DNA from: a virus | DNA length: 5,730 nt | IMG/VR virus record: IMGVR_UViG_3300045988_002368 | Location: 1 to 5,730 of that record | Direction: 5' to 3' (one strand) | Shown: positions 5,243 through 5,730 of the stretch, piece after piece | Layout: every line of letters begins with the position of its first letter | Numbering within the stretch: position 1 is the first letter of the stretch | Made by a program: the position numbers and the translations under genes | The notes under the pieces: generated by a model | What the model saw: only the letters and a program-made list of their open reading frames with translations | The model's database searches: none | Told to the model about the DNA's origin: nothing

Positions 5243-5414
5243 TTCAACACTTTCAACATTTTCAACAAGTTTTCAACAAAATGTTGCACAATTATTTTGG
5301 TCATTTTGACGGACTTTCAACAATTCAACAAGTTTTCAACAAATCTTTCAACTTTCTTTTTGGTGCTTTTTCTTTGTATCTACGTAAAGAAAAAGCACTT
5401 ATCAACTTTTCAAC
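5243..5414. repeat. Iteron array of ten TTCAAC(A) repeats, arranged as two clusters of four plus a pair.
   Basis: TTCAACA occurs at 5243, 5252, 5261 and 5272, and at 5316, 5324 and 5335. TTCAACT occurs at 5347. ATCAAC is at 5401 and TTCAAC at 5409. Spacing within clusters is 8-12 nt. The longer unit CAACAAGTT occurs three times (5264, 5327, 5435). Confidence 0.85.
5363..5398. other. Perfect 13-bp inverted repeat (hairpin/cruciform) embedded in the iteron array.
   Basis: GTGCTTTTTCTTT (5363..5375) is followed by the loop GTATCTACGT (5376..5385) and then AAAGAAAAAGCAC (5386..5398). All 13 pairs were checked individually. Confidence 0.85.
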
Positions 5415-5502
5415 TGTTCCTACTACGTCTACTACAACAAGTTATATATACCCCAAACACCCCTTGAAGCGTAGCGAATAGGGGTAGGGGTAGAACGTAC
5501 TC

Positions 5503-5545
5503 CGTGCGCGCACGCGTGCGCGCTTCGTGCGCGTGTGCGCGCGCG
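5503..5545. repeat. G+C-rich strictly alternating pyrimidine/purine tract (Z-DNA/cruciform-prone) containing an 18-bp perfect palindrome.
   Basis: 5503..5523 (21 nt) and 5526..5545 (20 nt) alternate Y-R without exception and are separated by TT. GCGCGCACGCGTGCGCGC (5506..5523) is its own reverse complement. 35 of 43 bases are G or C. Confidence 0.85.
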
Positions 5546-5547
5546 AA

Positions 5548-5571
5548 ATAGGCTGTTTATCTTATAGGCTG
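5548..5571. repeat. Direct repeat ATAGGCTG x2, 16 nt apart, between the G+C tract and the post-Rep hairpin.
   Basis: ATAGGCTG is at 5548..5555 and again at 5564..5571. TTTATC (5556..5561) and GATAAA (5571..5576) also form a short inverted repeat around the second copy. Confidence 0.5.
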
Positions 5572-5580
5572 ATAAAGTGA

Positions 5581-5613
5581 TAGCCCAGTACTTACTTGAT
5601 AGGTACTGGGCTA
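5581..5613 (-). terminator. Long hairpin 18 nt downstream of the Rep stop. It is a possible end-of-operon terminator and/or an origin hairpin.
   Basis: TAGCCCAGTAC (5581..5591) pairs perfectly with GTACTGGGCTA (5603..5613). The stem can extend by T.G, T-A and A-T to leave the 5-nt loop CTTGA (5595..5599). On the minus-strand RNA it is followed by UCACUUUAUC, which is only a weak U-tract. Confidence 0.4.
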
Positions 5614-5631
5614 GGTGACACCATGACACTG

Positions 5632-5730
5632 TTATAGTGTCCCTCTTTTTTTCATTTGCTTTTTGATTACTCTCTCCTTTGTCTTGCATTGTTCCATAAA
5701 ATCTGTGTTTTCGTACTTTAGCCGGTTTTC
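5632..5730 (-). CDS. C-terminal end of the same VP4 replication initiator. 5676..5730 duplicates 1..55, and the unique tail is 5675..5632 including the TAA stop at 5634..5632.
   Basis: Reading on from position 1 across the junction in the same frame gives ...NTDFMEQCKTKERVIKKQMKKRGTL*. The frame arithmetic closes: 976 nt + 44 nt = 1020 nt = 340 codons. Confidence 0.85.
   Translation of the reverse strand, partial: ENRLKYENTDFMEQCKTKERVIKKQMKKRGTL
5676..5730. repeat. Terminal redundancy, copy 2 (identical to 1..55).
   Basis: As for copy 1. The implied unit length is 5,675 nt. Confidence 0.95.

Noticed and set aside
5243-5414. Whether the repeat array could be a CRISPR array or a tandem satellite.
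   Set aside because: The units are only 6-9 nt with 1-6-nt gaps. There are no repeats of 24 nt or more and no unique spacers, so the organisation is iteron-like.
5435-5460. The A/T palindromic core GTTATATATAC, considered as a dif-like XerC/XerD site (microvirus prophage integration).
   Set aside because: I found no recognisable XerD arm (TTATGTNAA-type) or XerC arm next to it, and there is no integrase. It cannot be scored without host dif sequences.
5189-5476. GCGTAGCG at 5189 and 5469, and CCGTGCG at 5185 and 5502, considered as flanking direct repeats (target-site duplication of an inserted element). TAGCGT/TAGCGA considered as ssoA CS-6-like motifs.
   Set aside because: Repeats of 7-8 nt within a 480-nt region are expected by chance (about 1-2 pairs). 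The 6-mer CS-6 match is not significant, and it lies on the strand antisense to the presumed virion strand.
5198-5481. Plus-strand ORFs 5198..5467 and 5281..5481 inside the noncoding region.
   Set aside because: Their repeated FN-x-F / STxxQQVFNK peptides are just translations of the TTCAAC iterons. They have no ribosome-binding site and lie on the wrong strand.
5481-5493. The tandem repeat GGGGTAGGGGTAG, considered as a possible G-quadruplex.
   Set aside because: Only two G-runs are present, so an intramolecular quadruplex is not possible.
5432-5689. An 85-aa minus-strand ORF spanning the Rep tail, the post-Rep hairpin and the G+C tract.
   Set aside because: It is out of frame with the Rep C-terminus it overlaps. 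It reads through the hairpin and the alternating CG tract, giving RARTRARSAHACAHG. It has no Shine-Dalgarno sequence, and its ATG (5689, equivalent to position 14) is internal to Rep.

Overview
This window is one complete circular genome of about 5,675 nt from a small ssDNA phage of the family Microviridae (gokushovirus-like), written as the complement of the coding strand. Positions 1..55 are repeated exactly at 5676..5730, which is the overlap left when a circle is linearised. All credible genes lie on the minus strand as one tightly packed, translationally coupled block. In transcription order the block is: a near-consensus sigma70-type promoter (5149..5121), an M15-family zinc peptidase, a 38-aa ORFan and a 75-aa ORFan. 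These are followed by a 40-aa highly basic J/VP8-like protein that is absent from the supplied ORF track and a 79-aa small protein, then VP3 scaffold and VP1 major capsid. A terminator-like hairpin separates VP1 from VP2 pilot protein. The last gene is the VP4 HUH replication initiator, which crosses the window junction and stops at 5632. Three things deserve a second look. First, a peptidoglycan peptidase is the first gene of a microvirus, with no holin or signal peptide, followed by two tiny helical ORFans. Second, there is a noncoding region of about 480 nt (5150..5631), which seems long for this family. It holds ten phased TTCAAC(A) iterons around a perfect 13-bp hairpin. It also holds a roughly 80% G+C tract of strictly alternating pyrimidine/purine containing an 18-bp perfect palindrome, and a long hairpin whose loop carries ACTTGATA, the octamer across the phiX174 gpA nick site as I recall it. 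Third, the VP1/VP2 junction hairpin separates the VP2 start codon from its only Shine-Dalgarno sequence. All protein assignments rest on hand translation and remembered family motifs. No database search was possible.
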